64,000 nt of DNA, taken from the NCBI GenBank assembly GCA_965368975.1, contig CBDUPA010000005.1, positions 96,001-160,000 on the forward strand, written 5' to 3'. This document shows, one piece after another, positions 26,463 through 36,668 of the stretch. The position numbers and the translations under genes are program-made. A model generated the notes under the pieces. It saw only the letters and a list, made by a program, of their open reading frames with translations, made no database searches and was not told the origin of the DNA. Positions within the stretch are counted from its first letter, which is position 1, and each line of letters begins with the position of its first letter. Source of the DNA: an uncultured bacterium (lineage in GTDB: Bacteria; Acidobacteriota; Thermoanaerobaculia; Multivoradales; JAHZIX01).

Positions 26463-28259
26463 TCACCCCCCGACGCGCACGCTCATCCGCACCGTCGAAT
26501 CGACCGCTGCGACCTCATCTCGCACGCCAACCGCGATGCGTTGGAAGCCTTCGCGCATGCGCAGCTTGAACGTGTAGCCCGCGAACTGACCGCGCGCGAT
26601 GTCCATCTTGTCGAGCGGGATCTTGATCGGCACCACGACGTGACTCACGGGGGAGGTGCCGCCTTCGAGGTCGCGCACGGCGATGAAGAGGGAGATACGA
26701 CCCTGGTAGGAGTCTTCGGTGGGCAGCAGGGCGACATTGGAGATCGGGACTTTGACCAGCACGGGGACGAGGAAGGTGTCGTCCTCGTCGGGCTGACTCT
26801 CGGCGCGTTCCAGCTCGATGCCGAGAGGGTTGTCGAAGACGTTGAGCAGCAGCGCGGACATGGTGCGGTCGCTCATCTTGTCTTCGGCGCTCTTGTCGAC
26901 GTAGCCGGCGCGGTGACGCACGCGCACGTTGTCGCGCAGGACTTTGACCTCTAGGCGGCGGTACTCGCCGTCGCCCTGAGTGGCTGGGGTGTAGCCGAGG
27001 GAGTAGAAGCTCTCGAAGTCACTGGCCAGGTGCGACAGGGTGTTACCGAGGCCTTCGGTGTTGAGGAAGGAGAGGCCGCCGGTGCTGTCGGACATGAACT
27101 GCATGGTGCTGCGAATGGTGGCGCTTTCGAGCGAGTCGGTGCCGACGTTCTGGACGCGGCCACCGCCGGCGGTGCTCAGGGAGCCGACGTCGAAGCCGCC
27201 GGTCTCGGCGGAGATGCTGCTGTAGCCGCGCGGGCCGCCGGCGTCGATGGTGTAGAGCACGACGCGGTTGGCGTTGGCGTGGGCGACGAGCTTGGCCAGA
27301 TCCGGGGTGCTGTCGTAGGAAAGGGTCTCGGCGGTGGTGCTGACGCCGAGGTCGTCGGCAATGACGGCGAACTTGTTACGCCAGGCTGCGAACAGGCTCT
27401 GTGTGGGATTCATCGGCATGCCGCCGCTGATATACAGCATCGCCTTGCGGCCGGGCAGACCGGCGAGGCTGTCGATCAGGCGGGCCATGGCGTTCATCGA
27501 GTCGCGGTTGCGCTTGATGACGCGCTGGCCGAAGACCTGGATTTGACCTTTGAGCTGGTCGGCGAGGACGAAGCTGGTGTAGTTGGACCTACCATCGAGG
27601 TCGAGAGTGACCTCTTCGATGGTGTTCAAGATCAGCCGCCGTTCGAGTGCGATCTCTCGCGCGCGGCCGGTGCTCTTGGCCAGATCGTCCAGGGGTTCGT
27701 AGAGCAGTTCGGGGATGGAGGTAAATTCCTGGTGGATCTTCAGATTGCCATCGAAGCTGGCGAGCAGGACGCGATCCTGGTTGTCGATGCTGGTGCGCAG
27801 GAAGCGGCGTAGGTGTTCGAGCACGCGGTTGCGCTCGTTGGCCGCGAGGTTGAGGTTGTCGATGAAGACGACTACGTGCAGCCGCTGGTCCTGCGGGATC
27901 TCGAATTTCTCTAGCGCGGCCTCGTCGGCGGTGACGGCCTCCGTGCGCGCGGCGCCATCGACGGCCAGGAAGTTGCTGATCTCGACACTGTCGCCGTCGG
28001 CATAGAGTTCGAAGTCGTCGCGCGTCAGATCGCTGATCGGGTTGCCGTTGCGGTCGGTAACGAAGACTTCTACGTTGACAACGTTCACCTCGACACTGTC
28101 GAAGAACAACTCGTCGGGGGCCGCCGAGGCGCCTCCCTGCGAACCGGTGGTGCCTTCTTGGGCGCGGACGGCGAGCGGGCTCAGGAGCAGGGCGAGGCCC
28201 AAGAAAAGGGTGTTGAGTCGTAGCTGGGCGCGGCTGTTCCGGAGGCTGTGAGGGCTCAT
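26463..28259 (-). CDS. VWA-domain protein (acidobacterial VWFA-related type)
   Basis: Signal peptide; VNVVNVEVFVTDRNGNPISDLTRDDF, LPGRKAMLYISGG, STGG, YSLGYTP..VRHRAGY. Confidence 0.85.
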   Translation of the reverse strand: MSPHSLRNSRAQLRLNTLFLGLALLLSPLAVRAQEGTTGSQGGASAAPDELFFDSVEVNVVNVEVFVTDRNGNPISDLTRDDFELYADGDSVEISNFLAVDGAARTEAVTADEAALEKFEIPQDQRLHVVVFIDNLNLAANERNRVLEHLRRFLRTSIDNQDRVLLASFDGNLKIHQEFTSIPELLYEPLDDLAKSTGRAREIALERRLILNTIEEVTLDLDGRSNYTSFVLADQLKGQIQVFGQRVIKRNRDSMNAMARLIDSLAGLPGRKAMLYISGGMPMNPTQSLFAAWRNKFAVIADDLGVSTTAETLSYDSTPDLAKLVAHANANRVVLYTIDAGGPRGYSSISAETGGFDVGSLSTAGGGRVQNVGTDSLESATIRSTMQFMSDSTGGLSFLNTEGLGNTLSHLASDFESFYSLGYTPATQGDGEYRRLEVKVLRDNVRVRHRAGYVDKSAEDKMSDRTMSALLLNVFDNPLGIELERAESQPDEDDTFLVPVLVKVPISNVALLPTEDSYQGRISLFIAVRDLEGGTSPVSHVVVPIKIPLDKMDIARGQFAGYTFKLRMREGFQRIAVGVRDEVAAVDSTVRMSVRVGG

Positions 28260-28711
28260 GATGCGGTCTCCACGTCGTAGATGAACTGCACCGGCATGTC
28301 GACGCCTTCGCCCAGGCTGCGGTGAACCGGACAGTGCAGGGCGGCGCGTTCGAAGATCAGGCGATGCTTGGGGCTCAGGTGGTTCGGCAGGTGCAGGTCG
28401 ACGTGCAGGGAGCCGATGCGGCGCGGGCCGTCGGTCATGTGCTTCTCAACCTGGAAGTGGCTACCGCCGAGGTCGATCTCGTGCCGCTGGGCCAGGATAC
28501 CGAGGATGGTCAACATGCAGGCGCCGAGCGCACCGGCGACCATGTCGGTGGGCGAGAAGGAACTACCGTCGCCATTGTTGTCCACCGGGGCGGCGGTGGT
28601 CAGATGAGTGCCCGAGGGGCCGTGGGTCAACTCGGTGCGCAGGCCGCCAAGGTAGGTGCCAGTGATGACGGGTGCAGCGGAGGGATGGGAATGGGTGTCA
28701 GGGGTTGGCAT
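28256..28711 (-). CDS. OsmC/Ohr family protein
   Basis: APVDNNGDGSSFSPTDMVAGALGAC..CPVHRSL with two conserved Cys. Confidence 0.9.
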   Translation of the reverse strand: MPTPDTHSHPSAAPVITGTYLGGLRTELTHGPSGTHLTTAAPVDNNGDGSSFSPTDMVAGALGACMLTILGILAQRHEIDLGGSHFQVEKHMTDGPRRIGSLHVDLHLPNHLSPKHRLIFERAALHCPVHRSLGEGVDMPVQFIYDVETAS

Positions 28712-28835
28712 GGCATCCTCGATGTGGGTTCGGATTGCGGTCGAGTCACGAGCGCTGGCAGCTTACCAGTTCAGCGTTGCTTCCCATGGACTCTCCACGC
28801 GGGTGCAAACGGCTGAAAGGCGCTGGAGATTCCCC

Positions 28836-30446
28836 TCAGGGAGGGGCGACGGCGGCTTCTACCGCTGGCGCATCTGCGACGGGCTGGCGCAGCGCCGGTC
28901 GTCCGTACCGCAGGCACGCCCACAGTTGGCGAGCTTCCAGGCGCAGCCACAGGCCGAGACCTCGGCACAGCGAACGCAGCGCGTCGCGTGGCGCGAGGCC
29001 GAAAGCCTTGCCATAGATCCGCGTGCCGAAGTTGCGACGTCCGTAGAGGCCCGTGTAGCGGCGCAGGCGAGCCAGTCGGCGCAGGCGTTGGTTCCAGGCG
29101 CGCATGATCTTGTAGGCGATCACGGACTGAGGTGCGTCGAGGCCGAAGGGCGGATTGCGCAAGGACGTGAGATCTCGATACACCGGGCCCACGACCCCCA
29201 GGTAGTAGAGCGCGGTGTCGAGGGTGTAGGCCGCCGCCACGAGGTCGGCGTCGCCCAGGATCTCGTACTTGCCGTCGTACAAGGCTCCCCACCAGCGAGG
29301 GTAGGAGTCGGCAAAGGCCTTGTTGTGGGTCTCGATGTCGGCGTCGCTCAAGGTCTGGGCTGGGTCCAGGTCGCGCACCAGGAGTTGCACGGTGGCGTAG
29401 ACGGAGATCGACGCGTGGTCGAGGCCCGGGCTGTACAAAGGGTCGAGAAAGCCGGCGGCGTCGCCGAGCAGGGCCCAGCCGCGCTCCATGTAGCGGCTGC
29501 TCTGGTAGGGCAGATGGTTGTAGGACTGGAAGTCGTTCTCGTCGAGCTGGGCGCTGGCCAGCAAGTCCCGCAGGCCATCCTGCGAGGTGACAAAGTCGCG
29601 GAAGCGCTCGAGCTTGCTGCCCTTGCCGGGTAGCTCGAAGAGGTCCTTGTGGTAGACGAGGCCGATGCTGGTGTCACCGCCAGCAGTTCCACCGCCAGAG
29701 AGCGGGATCACCCAGCACCACCAGCCGTAGCCGCAGAAGTGGTTGGTCGCCAGGCGTCGCTGGGTGTCGACCGCCGGCAGGCGCGGTGGAGCGTCCGCGG
29801 TGGCCTCGGTGTAGGTGGGGCCGTCCAGATCCTGGACGCCGCTCCAACGACCCCACAGTGCTGCCGTCGGGTGTGCCTCCAGCCGCTGGAGCAGGCGCTT
29901 GCGGCGGGCCAGGAAGGCGTGCCGGCCGGAGGCGTCGAGGACCCAGCGCGTGTGGAGGGTGTGTTCGCCGTCGGCGCTTTCGATCCGCACCTGACTGCTG
30001 CCCGAATCCGTGTCCACCGTGTCGACGGCCAGCACGCGTGCCGGCCGCAGCACTTCGCAGCCTTCTAGGTCAGCGAGGTGTAGCAGGTACTCGTCGAGCT
30101 TGGCGCGGTCGAGTTGGAAGCTGGCCAGCCGCGGAGCTTCGTCGGCGCCGATCTCGGTCATGTCTTCGAGCGCTCGGCTTTGGCCGTCGGTGAGCCAGAA
30201 GCGCAGGCCGTGCTTCTCCAGGTGCTCACGTTCCAGGTAGTCGGAGAGGCCCAGCACCTGGTGCAGGAAGTAGCCGGACACCTCGACCGTCGCTTCTCCG
30301 ACGCGGCGGCCGAAGTGTTCGCTTTGCTCGACCACGACGATGCGCGCTTGGGGCCGTTGACGGCGCAGGAGTAGGGCCGCGGCGGTTCCGCTGAAGGAGC
30401 CTCCGATGATGACCGCGTCGTAGTGAGTCTGGGGCGCGTGCGTCAT
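28836..30446 (-). CDS. Flavin-dependent halogenase-like oxidoreductase
   Basis: IIGGSFSG (atypical GxGxxG), VGEAT, EK.GL (candidate catalytic Lys), WWCWVIP, GDAAGFLDPLYSPG. Confidence 0.8.
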   Translation of the reverse strand: MTHAPQTHYDAVIIGGSFSGTAAALLLRRQRPQARIVVVEQSEHFGRRVGEATVEVSGYFLHQVLGLSDYLEREHLEKHGLRFWLTDGQSRALEDMTEIGADEAPRLASFQLDRAKLDEYLLHLADLEGCEVLRPARVLAVDTVDTDSGSSQVRIESADGEHTLHTRWVLDASGRHAFLARRKRLLQRLEAHPTAALWGRWSGVQDLDGPTYTEATADAPPRLPAVDTQRRLATNHFCGYGWWCWVIPLSGGGTAGGDTSIGLVYHKDLFELPGKGSKLERFRDFVTSQDGLRDLLASAQLDENDFQSYNHLPYQSSRYMERGWALLGDAAGFLDPLYSPGLDHASISVYATVQLLVRDLDPAQTLSDADIETHNKAFADSYPRWWGALYDGKYEILGDADLVAAAYTLDTALYYLGVVGPVYRDLTSLRNPPFGLDAPQSVIAYKIMRAWNQRLRRLARLRRYTGLYGRRNFGTRIYGKAFGLAPRDALRSLCRGLGLWLRLEARQLWACLRYGRPALRQPVADAPAVEAAVAPP

Positions 30447-31291
30447 GACATGTGCTCGGATTCTAGCTCGCGGAGTAGGTCGGCGGTGGCGGCGTGGGCT
30501 TCGTCGGCCAGCTCGCGACGGTCGCCGACCTGCAGGTCGCGGGTCGGAATCGGTGCACCTACGAGTACGTGGATTGTGGTCGGGCGGATGCGCACGGAAC
30601 CCGTGGGTAGGCAGTATCCGGTGCCGGTGAGCGCGATCGGCACCACCGGGATGGCCATTTCGATGGCCGGCACCAGGGCACCCGATTTGAAGCGTCGTAG
30701 CTTCCCGTCGCGGCTGCGTGTTCCCTCGGGGAAGGTGAGAATGCTTCTGCCGCCTTCGATCTGTGCGCGCGCTCCACGCAAGCTGCGCAGCGACTGTGCA
30801 CGGTCGCCGCGGCGAACGAAGATCATGCCCATGGCGGCGGCGTACCAGCCGAGAAAGGGGACTTTGCGCAACTCTTCTTTGAGCACGAAGACCAGGGGTA
30901 CCGGCAGGGCCGCGTAGAGAGCCGCGATGTCCGCCATGCTCTGGTGGTTGGCGGTGAAGAAGTGCGGCTTGGAGGCATCGAAGCGATCGAGGCCCGCGGC
31001 TTCGACGCGCTGGCCAGTGAGACGCAGGATGCCGGGGGCCCAGCAGGTGTGGGCCATGCGCAGTGCCGGCAGGGGACTGCGACGCAGCCAGCGCACCAGC
31101 AGAGCGGCGGTGATCCAGAAGGCGCTCCAGGCGGTGACGGCGAGCAGTTGCAGGCCGTTGACCACGGCGCGCAGCGGACCGGGGAGCTTCCAGGCACGTC
31201 CAGAACCACCTACGGTCTTGGTGCCGCTGGCTGCTGACCTAGGCTCTGTTTCGTCGGGTGGGGTGGAGAGAGAGGAGTCCTGGTGCATCAA
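30443..31291 (-). CDS. Lysophospholipid acyltransferase (PlsC-like)
   Basis: NHQSMAD, FVRRG, FPEGTRS and IPVVP motifs. Confidence 0.9.
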   Translation of the reverse strand: MMHQDSSLSTPPDETEPRSAASGTKTVGGSGRAWKLPGPLRAVVNGLQLLAVTAWSAFWITAALLVRWLRRSPLPALRMAHTCWAPGILRLTGQRVEAAGLDRFDASKPHFFTANHQSMADIAALYAALPVPLVFVLKEELRKVPFLGWYAAAMGMIFVRRGDRAQSLRSLRGARAQIEGGRSILTFPEGTRSRDGKLRRFKSGALVPAIEMAIPVVPIALTGTGYCLPTGSVRIRPTTIHVLVGAPIPTRDLQVGDRRELADEAHAATADLLRELESEHMS

Positions 31292-31326
31292 CCGTACTCT
31301 AGTGCATCGACGCTACCGAAACGGTT

Positions 31327-32211
31327 CTAGCGCATCGAGGGGAGTGAAGAGGCGTTCGGCTGGGTGTCTGGCAGAGGGACCGCCCGCAGCTGCCGAGTGG
31401 CGAGGGTCGTGAGCAGGCCTGGCAGGACGTCGAGGACGATCGCTGCGTCGGCAGCGGTGCGGCGTCTTGCGCCCCAGACCCCCGCGGTGTCGTGCAAGAG
31501 CAGGATATCGCCGGCCGCCAGGTCGCGCTGCAGGCGTCGTTCGACACGCCGCGGATCGCGTTCGACGGTGTCGAAGCCGCGCCTCGTCCAGGCCGCCAGG
31601 GTCAGGCCGCGCCGGTGCAGGATGGGGTCGAGCCAGGGATTGCGGATGCCGGCAGGCGCACGGAAGTAGCCGGGGGGACGCCCACCGAGATCGGTCAGCA
31701 CGTCCTGTGCACGGTCGACCTGAGCCGCCATGGTGCGCGGGCCGTGGAAGGCGAAGGAGTTGGGGTGGCTGTAGGTGTGGTTTTCCAGTCGGTGACCCCG
31801 GCGCACAATCTCCCGCGTCAAGGCCGGCAGGCGCTCGGCACGCTGTGCGATGCAGAAGAAGGAGGCTCGGGCCCCGTGTGTGTCGAGCAGGTCGAGGACG
31901 CGCGGTGTCACTTCGGCGTCGGGGCCATCGTCGAAGGTCAGGGCGACGTGTCGACTTCCGGTGGGCAACTGGCTCAGGGCGGGGCCGAGCCAGCGACTGC
32001 GCGGGGCCATGCCGGCTGCACAGACCGCAGCATGGTTGAGTGCCAGGGCCCCGGCGATCCAGCGCCAGTGCTGGCGCCAACGAGGTGCCGCGACCAGGGC
32101 GACGGCCGCGGCGGCATGCAGGGCCGCGGTAGCACGCAGGAGCGGCGAGGGTCTCCAGCCGGCAGAGGCCGCGTCGCAGAGCGGCGTCGCCTCGTCGGTG
32201 GGTTCAACCAC
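31327..32211 (-). CDS. Polysaccharide deacetylase (CE4/NodB) with N-terminal membrane anchor
   Basis: LTFDDGP, NHTYSH, FRAPAG and ILLLHD motifs; start approximate (GTG overlapping the upstream stop). Confidence 0.88.
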   Translation of the reverse strand: MVEPTDEATPLCDAASAGWRPSPLLRATAALHAAAAVALVAAPRWRQHWRWIAGALALNHAAVCAAGMAPRSRWLGPALSQLPTGSRHVALTFDDGPDAEVTPRVLDLLDTHGARASFFCIAQRAERLPALTREIVRRGHRLENHTYSHPNSFAFHGPRTMAAQVDRAQDVLTDLGGRPPGYFRAPAGIRNPWLDPILHRRGLTLAAWTRRGFDTVERDPRRVERRLQRDLAAGDILLLHDTAGVWGARRRTAADAAIVLDVLPGLLTTLATRQLRAVPLPDTQPNASSLPSMR

Positions 32212-33730
32212 GTCGCACCAAGGGTGCCAGGGCCAGCAGGGCGGCGCGGTCGAGCTTGCCACGACTGGTTCGCGGGATGCTTTTCAGCAGGAGGATGCTG
32301 CGCGGCACCTTGTGCTCGGCGAGGTGGCGCCGGCACCACGCTTGCACGACCTCATAAGTCAAGGTCTCTGGTGGTCCGGCGACGAAGGCGCGCACCAGGT
32401 GTCCCTCGCGGTTGGGGCGGGGCACGCCCAGGACGATTGCTTCCTCGACTCCTTCCAAGTGGCTCAGGACGGCTTCGACCTCGCGTGGGTTGACCTTCTT
32501 GCCCTTGACGTTGATCAGGTCGTCGAGGCGTCCTTCGAGCACCAGCTCGCCGTCGCGCAGGCTGGCCAGGTCACGAGTGTAGAAGCTGCCGCCGTGAAGG
32601 CCGCCGTGCTGGTCACCGGTCGGTGGCTCGCTGGAGGTAGGCTGGCGGCAGAGCTGGTCCTGCGTCGTCTCGGCAGTGCCCTCCAGGTAGCCACTGGCGA
32701 CGGCTGGCGACGTGACGGTGACGGTCCCACGTTGCACGGTGCTGTTGCCGTTGCGCGCAACCGGGTCGAGTCGTAGCTCGACACCCTCGATCGGGGTGCC
32801 CAGCGTGCCGCGCTCGGCGGCACCGCCATCGCGGTCATAGGTGATACCGCCGGCCTCGCTGGCGCCGTAGAACACGTGCACCGGCAGGTCGTAGACCTGG
32901 CGGAAGAGGGCGGCGGTGTCCGGCCGCAACAGGGCCCCGGCCGAGATCACCCGGCGCAGCGAGGGTGGCAGCGGCGGCGGATTCTGACGCTTGAGCAGGG
33001 CTTGCAAGAAGGCTGGGACCGTCGGCAGGAAGGTCGCCTGCTGTTCAGCGGCCAGCTTCAGGGGGGCCAGGGGGTTGTCCTCTTCCGGCGTGATCAGAAC
33101 CGCATCGCGCACCAGCGCCGGCATCACGACGCTCGACAAGCCGTAGGAGTGCGACATGGGCACCGAACTGAGAATTCGCTCGTCCGGTCGCAAGTCCATG
33201 CTGGCGGCGAGTGAGGCATCGTCGGCGACCAGCGCCTCGGCCGGCGTCAGGATGCCGCGCGGTGTACCAGTCGAGCCCGAGGTCAGTTTGACCACCGCGA
33301 TGTCGGGGTCCAGCCGGCGAGGCTCACTGTCTGAGCCGGAGCGTATGTTCCGTCTTGCCGCCTGCTCCAGGACGAGGTCCTTGGCGTGCCGGGGCCAAGA
33401 GTGCTGGCAGTGCAGCACGGCGCTGCAGCCGAGGGCATGAGCGATGCGCTGCTTCTCGGCCGGAGGCGTGCGCCAGTCGAGCAAGAGGACCGGGCAGCCG
33501 GCTTGCCGTAGGCCCAGAAACGTGCCGAGGAAGCCGGGACCGTTGACGGCCGCGAGGGCGACGAGCGTGCCCGTGCGCACGCCGGACGACACCAGTAGCC
33601 GCGCCGTGGTCTGGCGCAAAGCGTCAACGTCTGAGACACTGGTGCGGTGGCGGCTGCCGAGGGTGAGAGGAGCGTGCGGTTGGCGGCTGCGCCGTTGGGC
33701 GAAGGCGGCCAAGATCGGGTCGCTGCGCAT
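32204..33730 (-). CDS. AMP-binding acyl/aryl-CoA or acyl-ACP ligase
   Basis: LTSGSTGTPRG, FYGASEAG, TRDL, GRLDDLINVKG and PRTSRGK adenylation motifs; divergent from ACP. Confidence 0.88.
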   Translation of the reverse strand: MRSDPILAAFAQRRSRQPHAPLTLGSRHRTSVSDVDALRQTTARLLVSSGVRTGTLVALAAVNGPGFLGTFLGLRQAGCPVLLLDWRTPPAEKQRIAHALGCSAVLHCQHSWPRHAKDLVLEQAARRNIRSGSDSEPRRLDPDIAVVKLTSGSTGTPRGILTPAEALVADDASLAASMDLRPDERILSSVPMSHSYGLSSVVMPALVRDAVLITPEEDNPLAPLKLAAEQQATFLPTVPAFLQALLKRQNPPPLPPSLRRVISAGALLRPDTAALFRQVYDLPVHVFYGASEAGGITYDRDGGAAERGTLGTPIEGVELRLDPVARNGNSTVQRGTVTVTSPAVASGYLEGTAETTQDQLCRQPTSSEPPTGDQHGGLHGGSFYTRDLASLRDGELVLEGRLDDLINVKGKKVNPREVEAVLSHLEGVEEAIVLGVPRPNREGHLVRAFVAGPPETLTYEVVQAWCRRHLAEHKVPRSILLLKSIPRTSRGKLDRAALLALAPLVRRG

Positions 33731-33786
33731 TCTATTGAGTATATACTGCCGGCCGTTCAGCAGACCCGCCAAGGAGAGCACCAGGG

Positions 33787-34062
33787 ATGTCGAGTGTCGA
33801 AACTCGTTCGCGAATCAAAGAGATCATTGTTGAAAGCCTCCACCTCGAGGGGATGACCCCGGAGAATCTCGAAGACGATATGTTGCTGTGGGGCGAAGGC
33901 CTCGGGCTGGACTCGGTAGATGCCCTCGAGTTGGTCGTGGCGTTGGAGAAGGAGTACGGCTTCAAGATCGAGAATGAGGAGATTGATCGCGAAGCACTGG
34001 CCAACGTTGCCAGCCTGGCAGAGTTCGTCGAGCAACTGCAGGCGAGCCAGGGGGTGCCCTGA
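33787..34062 (+). CDS. Acyl carrier protein
   Basis: GLGLDSVDALEL phosphopantetheine site; acidic, 91 aa; AAGGAG RBS. Confidence 0.95.
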   Translation: MSSVETRSRIKEIIVESLHLEGMTPENLEDDMLLWGEGLGLDSVDALELVVALEKEYGFKIENEEIDREALANVASLAEFVEQLQASQGVP

Positions 34063-34065
34063 GGT

Positions 34066-35418
34066 TTGGCACACCGAGACGGAGTCCGGGTCGTAGTGAC
34101 CGGAATCGGTGCGGTCAGTACCTGGGGGTGGGGAGCCGACGAGCTGTGGCGCGGCCTGAGTTCCGGCACGACAGGGATCGCCGGGGCCCGCCAGTTCGAC
34201 ACGCGCGGCCACCGTACGCGCATTGCGGGAGAGGTGCCAGCCGCAGCGCCAGAGCTGGCGCGTGGCTACCGGGATTGGTCCCGCTGGTCGCGGGCGGACC
34301 GTTTCGCCGTCGCGGCGGCGGCCGAAGCTTGGCGAGCGGCGGGTTGGACCCACCCCACTGAGGCTGATCCGGCGTTGCCGAATCCGGGCCTGGGTGTCTT
34401 CTTTGGTGGTTCCACCGCGGGGATGGCGGAGTGTGAGGCCGAGCTACGCGCGGCTCACCTCGACGGGCACCCAGATGGGCACCTTGAAGGGCACGTCATT
34501 GGGGAGAGACCGGCAGCCTGGAGTCCGCTAGCGTCGCACCAGCTCAACTGCCCAGGCGACGCGGTGGCGCGCACCTTCGGTGCCTGCGGCCCGGTGCAGT
34601 CGATCTCGTCGGCGTGCGCTTCCGGAGCGCTGGCCATCGGGGCCGCGATCGACGCCCTGCGTGCCGGCGACGTGGAGATGGCGCTGGCCGGGGGTTCCGA
34701 TTCGCTGTGCCAGCTGACCTACGCCGGTTTCAACTCGCTGCGCGCCGTCGACGCCGATCCCTGCCGGCCCTTCCGTGACGATCGCGCCGGCATGAGCCTG
34801 GGCGAAGGTGCCGGCATCCTGGTGCTGGAGACGCTGGAAGGGGCGCTGGCACGCGGCGCCGAGCCGCTCGCCGAACTCCTGGGATCGGGAGCCAGCTGCG
34901 ATGCGCACCACATGACGGCACCCCACCCGCGTGGTCAAGGTGCTGCCGCGGCCATGCGCGCCACGCTGCGCGATGCCGGGTTGACCGCGGACGCCGTCGA
35001 TTTCATCAACGCTCACGGCACCGGAACGCCGCTCAACGACGAGGCCGAAGGCCATGCACTGGCCGAGGTCTTCGGCGCGCGATGCCTTCCCGTGACATCG
35101 ACCAAAGCGTCGGTCGGCCACCTGCTCGGATCGTCAGGGGCGATCGAGGCCGTGGCGACGGTCCAGTGTCTGCGCGCCGGCTGCATTCACCCAGTGCCGA
35201 CGATTGCCGAGAGCACCCAAGACGACATCGACGTCGACCTGGTGCTCGGTCGAGCGCGTCCCCTGGCCTCAGGATCCGGGCGCGAGCGTTGGGTCGCCCT
35301 GTCGACCAGCTTCGGCTTCGGCGGCGCCAATGCGGCGCTGGCCCTGGCCGGGCCCGGTCTTGCAAGGAGTGTCTCGAGTGGTGCTCCGACTGGAGCGACC
35401 GGAGATGAGGAAAGCTGA
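34066..35418 (+). CDS. Beta-ketoacyl-ACP synthase (KS, FabF-like)
   Basis: Catalytic triad SSACASG, NAHGTGT, GHLLG; SFGFGG. Confidence 0.93.
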   Translation: MAHRDGVRVVVTGIGAVSTWGWGADELWRGLSSGTTGIAGARQFDTRGHRTRIAGEVPAAAPELARGYRDWSRWSRADRFAVAAAAEAWRAAGWTHPTEADPALPNPGLGVFFGGSTAGMAECEAELRAAHLDGHPDGHLEGHVIGERPAAWSPLASHQLNCPGDAVARTFGACGPVQSISSACASGALAIGAAIDALRAGDVEMALAGGSDSLCQLTYAGFNSLRAVDADPCRPFRDDRAGMSLGEGAGILVLETLEGALARGAEPLAELLGSGASCDAHHMTAPHPRGQGAAAAMRATLRDAGLTADAVDFINAHGTGTPLNDEAEGHALAEVFGARCLPVTSTKASVGHLLGSSGAIEAVATVQCLRAGCIHPVPTIAESTQDDIDVDLVLGRARPLASGSGRERWVALSTSFGFGGANAALALAGPGLARSVSSGAPTGATGDEES

Positions 35419-36668
35419 TGTCGAGTGCCGTCATCACCGGCCTCGGCGCGGTGCTCCCCGCTGGTCTGGGCCGTGAGGATCTGGCGAAGGCCCTGGCCGG
35501 GGGAGAACCCCGATGGTCCGAGGTCGAGCGTCACCCGAAGGCTCACCGCTGCGACAGTGCTCGGTTGGGTGGCCTGACCACTGGCCTCGATCTGTCGCCC
35601 TGGTTGTCCCCGCGACTGGCCCGCCGTATGAGTCCACCCTCCAAGCTGGCGGTGGCGGCGACGCTTATGGCTCTAGAGGACGCGGCTCTGCAAGACGCGG
35701 CTCTGGAGGACGCGACGCTGCAGACACAGCCGGAGGACCTCACCGCGGTCGTTGCGGCCAATGCGTTCGGCCCCAGCTCGTTCGTCGAGCGGTTCTTCCT
35801 GCAGACTCTGGACGAGGGGCCGACGGCGGCATCACCAGCCTTGTTTCCCGAGACCGTCGCCAATGCTCCCGCCGCCCACGTCGCCATGCTGTGCCACGCT
35901 ACCGGTGCCAACGTCACCGTGACGCAGCGCGAGGCCAGTGGTCTGCTGGCTCTGCAGCGCGGTGCGGCCGAAGTGATCAGCGGTAGGAGCCGCACTGCAC
36001 TGGTGCTGGCGGTCGATGAGTTGACGCCGCTGCTGCACGCCTTGCTGGACCGTTTTCATGCGCTGGCGCGTCCAGATGGCGACGGCGTCGAGATGGCCCG
36101 GCCGTTCGACCGTCGCCGCAACGGCTTCATCTTCGCCGAGGGTGCGACCGCGTTGGTGGTGGAATCCGAGAACGTCGCGCGCCGTCGAGGTGCGCCGATC
36201 CTCGCCCGTGTGCATTCGAGCGCCGCGGCCTTCGACCCTGGGGCCCCGCGCATCAGCTGGGGGCGTGATCCGGAGATCTTGGCCGCTGCCTTGAGTAGGT
36301 ATCTCGACCGCTTCGAGGTGCCCCTCGAATCGTTCGACCTCATCGTCTCGGGCGCCTCTGGTGCCCGCCGCGGTGATGCCCTGGAGGCCCAGGTGCTGAG
36401 GCGGGTGTGGGGCGAGCGCCCCTTGCCACCGATCCTGGCACCCAAAGCCGCGCTGGGAGAGCACACCGGTGTTGTCACCACTGCCGCACTCCTGGCCCTC
36501 CAGGGGCGAGCCTTCGGGCCGACACCGGGTTTTGCCGAGCCGGATCCCGAGCTGCAAATCGCACCCCTGGACGGGCGCGAACTCGGACAGGTGCGCCGCG
36601 TACTCTTGACCAGCCTGGCTTCCGGTGGTGCCGCGGCCTGGATGATTTTGGAAGGAGTCGAGACATGA
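35418..36668 (+). CDS. Inactive KS homolog / chain-length-factor-like partner
   Basis: KS fold (RPFDRRRNG..EGA) but QREASG replaces the active Cys and the HGTGT motif is absent; translationally coupled to KS. Confidence 0.8.
   Translation: MSSAVITGLGAVLPAGLGREDLAKALAGGEPRWSEVERHPKAHRCDSARLGGLTTGLDLSPWLSPRLARRMSPPSKLAVAATLMALEDAALQDAALEDATLQTQPEDLTAVVAANAFGPSSFVERFFLQTLDEGPTAASPALFPETVANAPAAHVAMLCHATGANVTVTQREASGLLALQRGAAEVISGRSRTALVLAVDELTPLLHALLDRFHALARPDGDGVEMARPFDRRRNGFIFAEGATALVVESENVARRRGAPILARVHSSAAAFDPGAPRISWGRDPEILAAALSRYLDRFEVPLESFDLIVSGASGARRGDALEAQVLRRVWGERPLPPILAPKAALGEHTGVVTTAALLALQGRAFGPTPGFAEPDPELQIAPLDGRELGQVRRVLLTSLASGGAAAWMILEGVET

Noticed and set aside
28256-28711. Selenoprotein candidates (OsmC, oxidoreductase subunits, cytochrome)
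   Set aside because: All catalytic positions are Cys codons, with no internal in-frame TGA.
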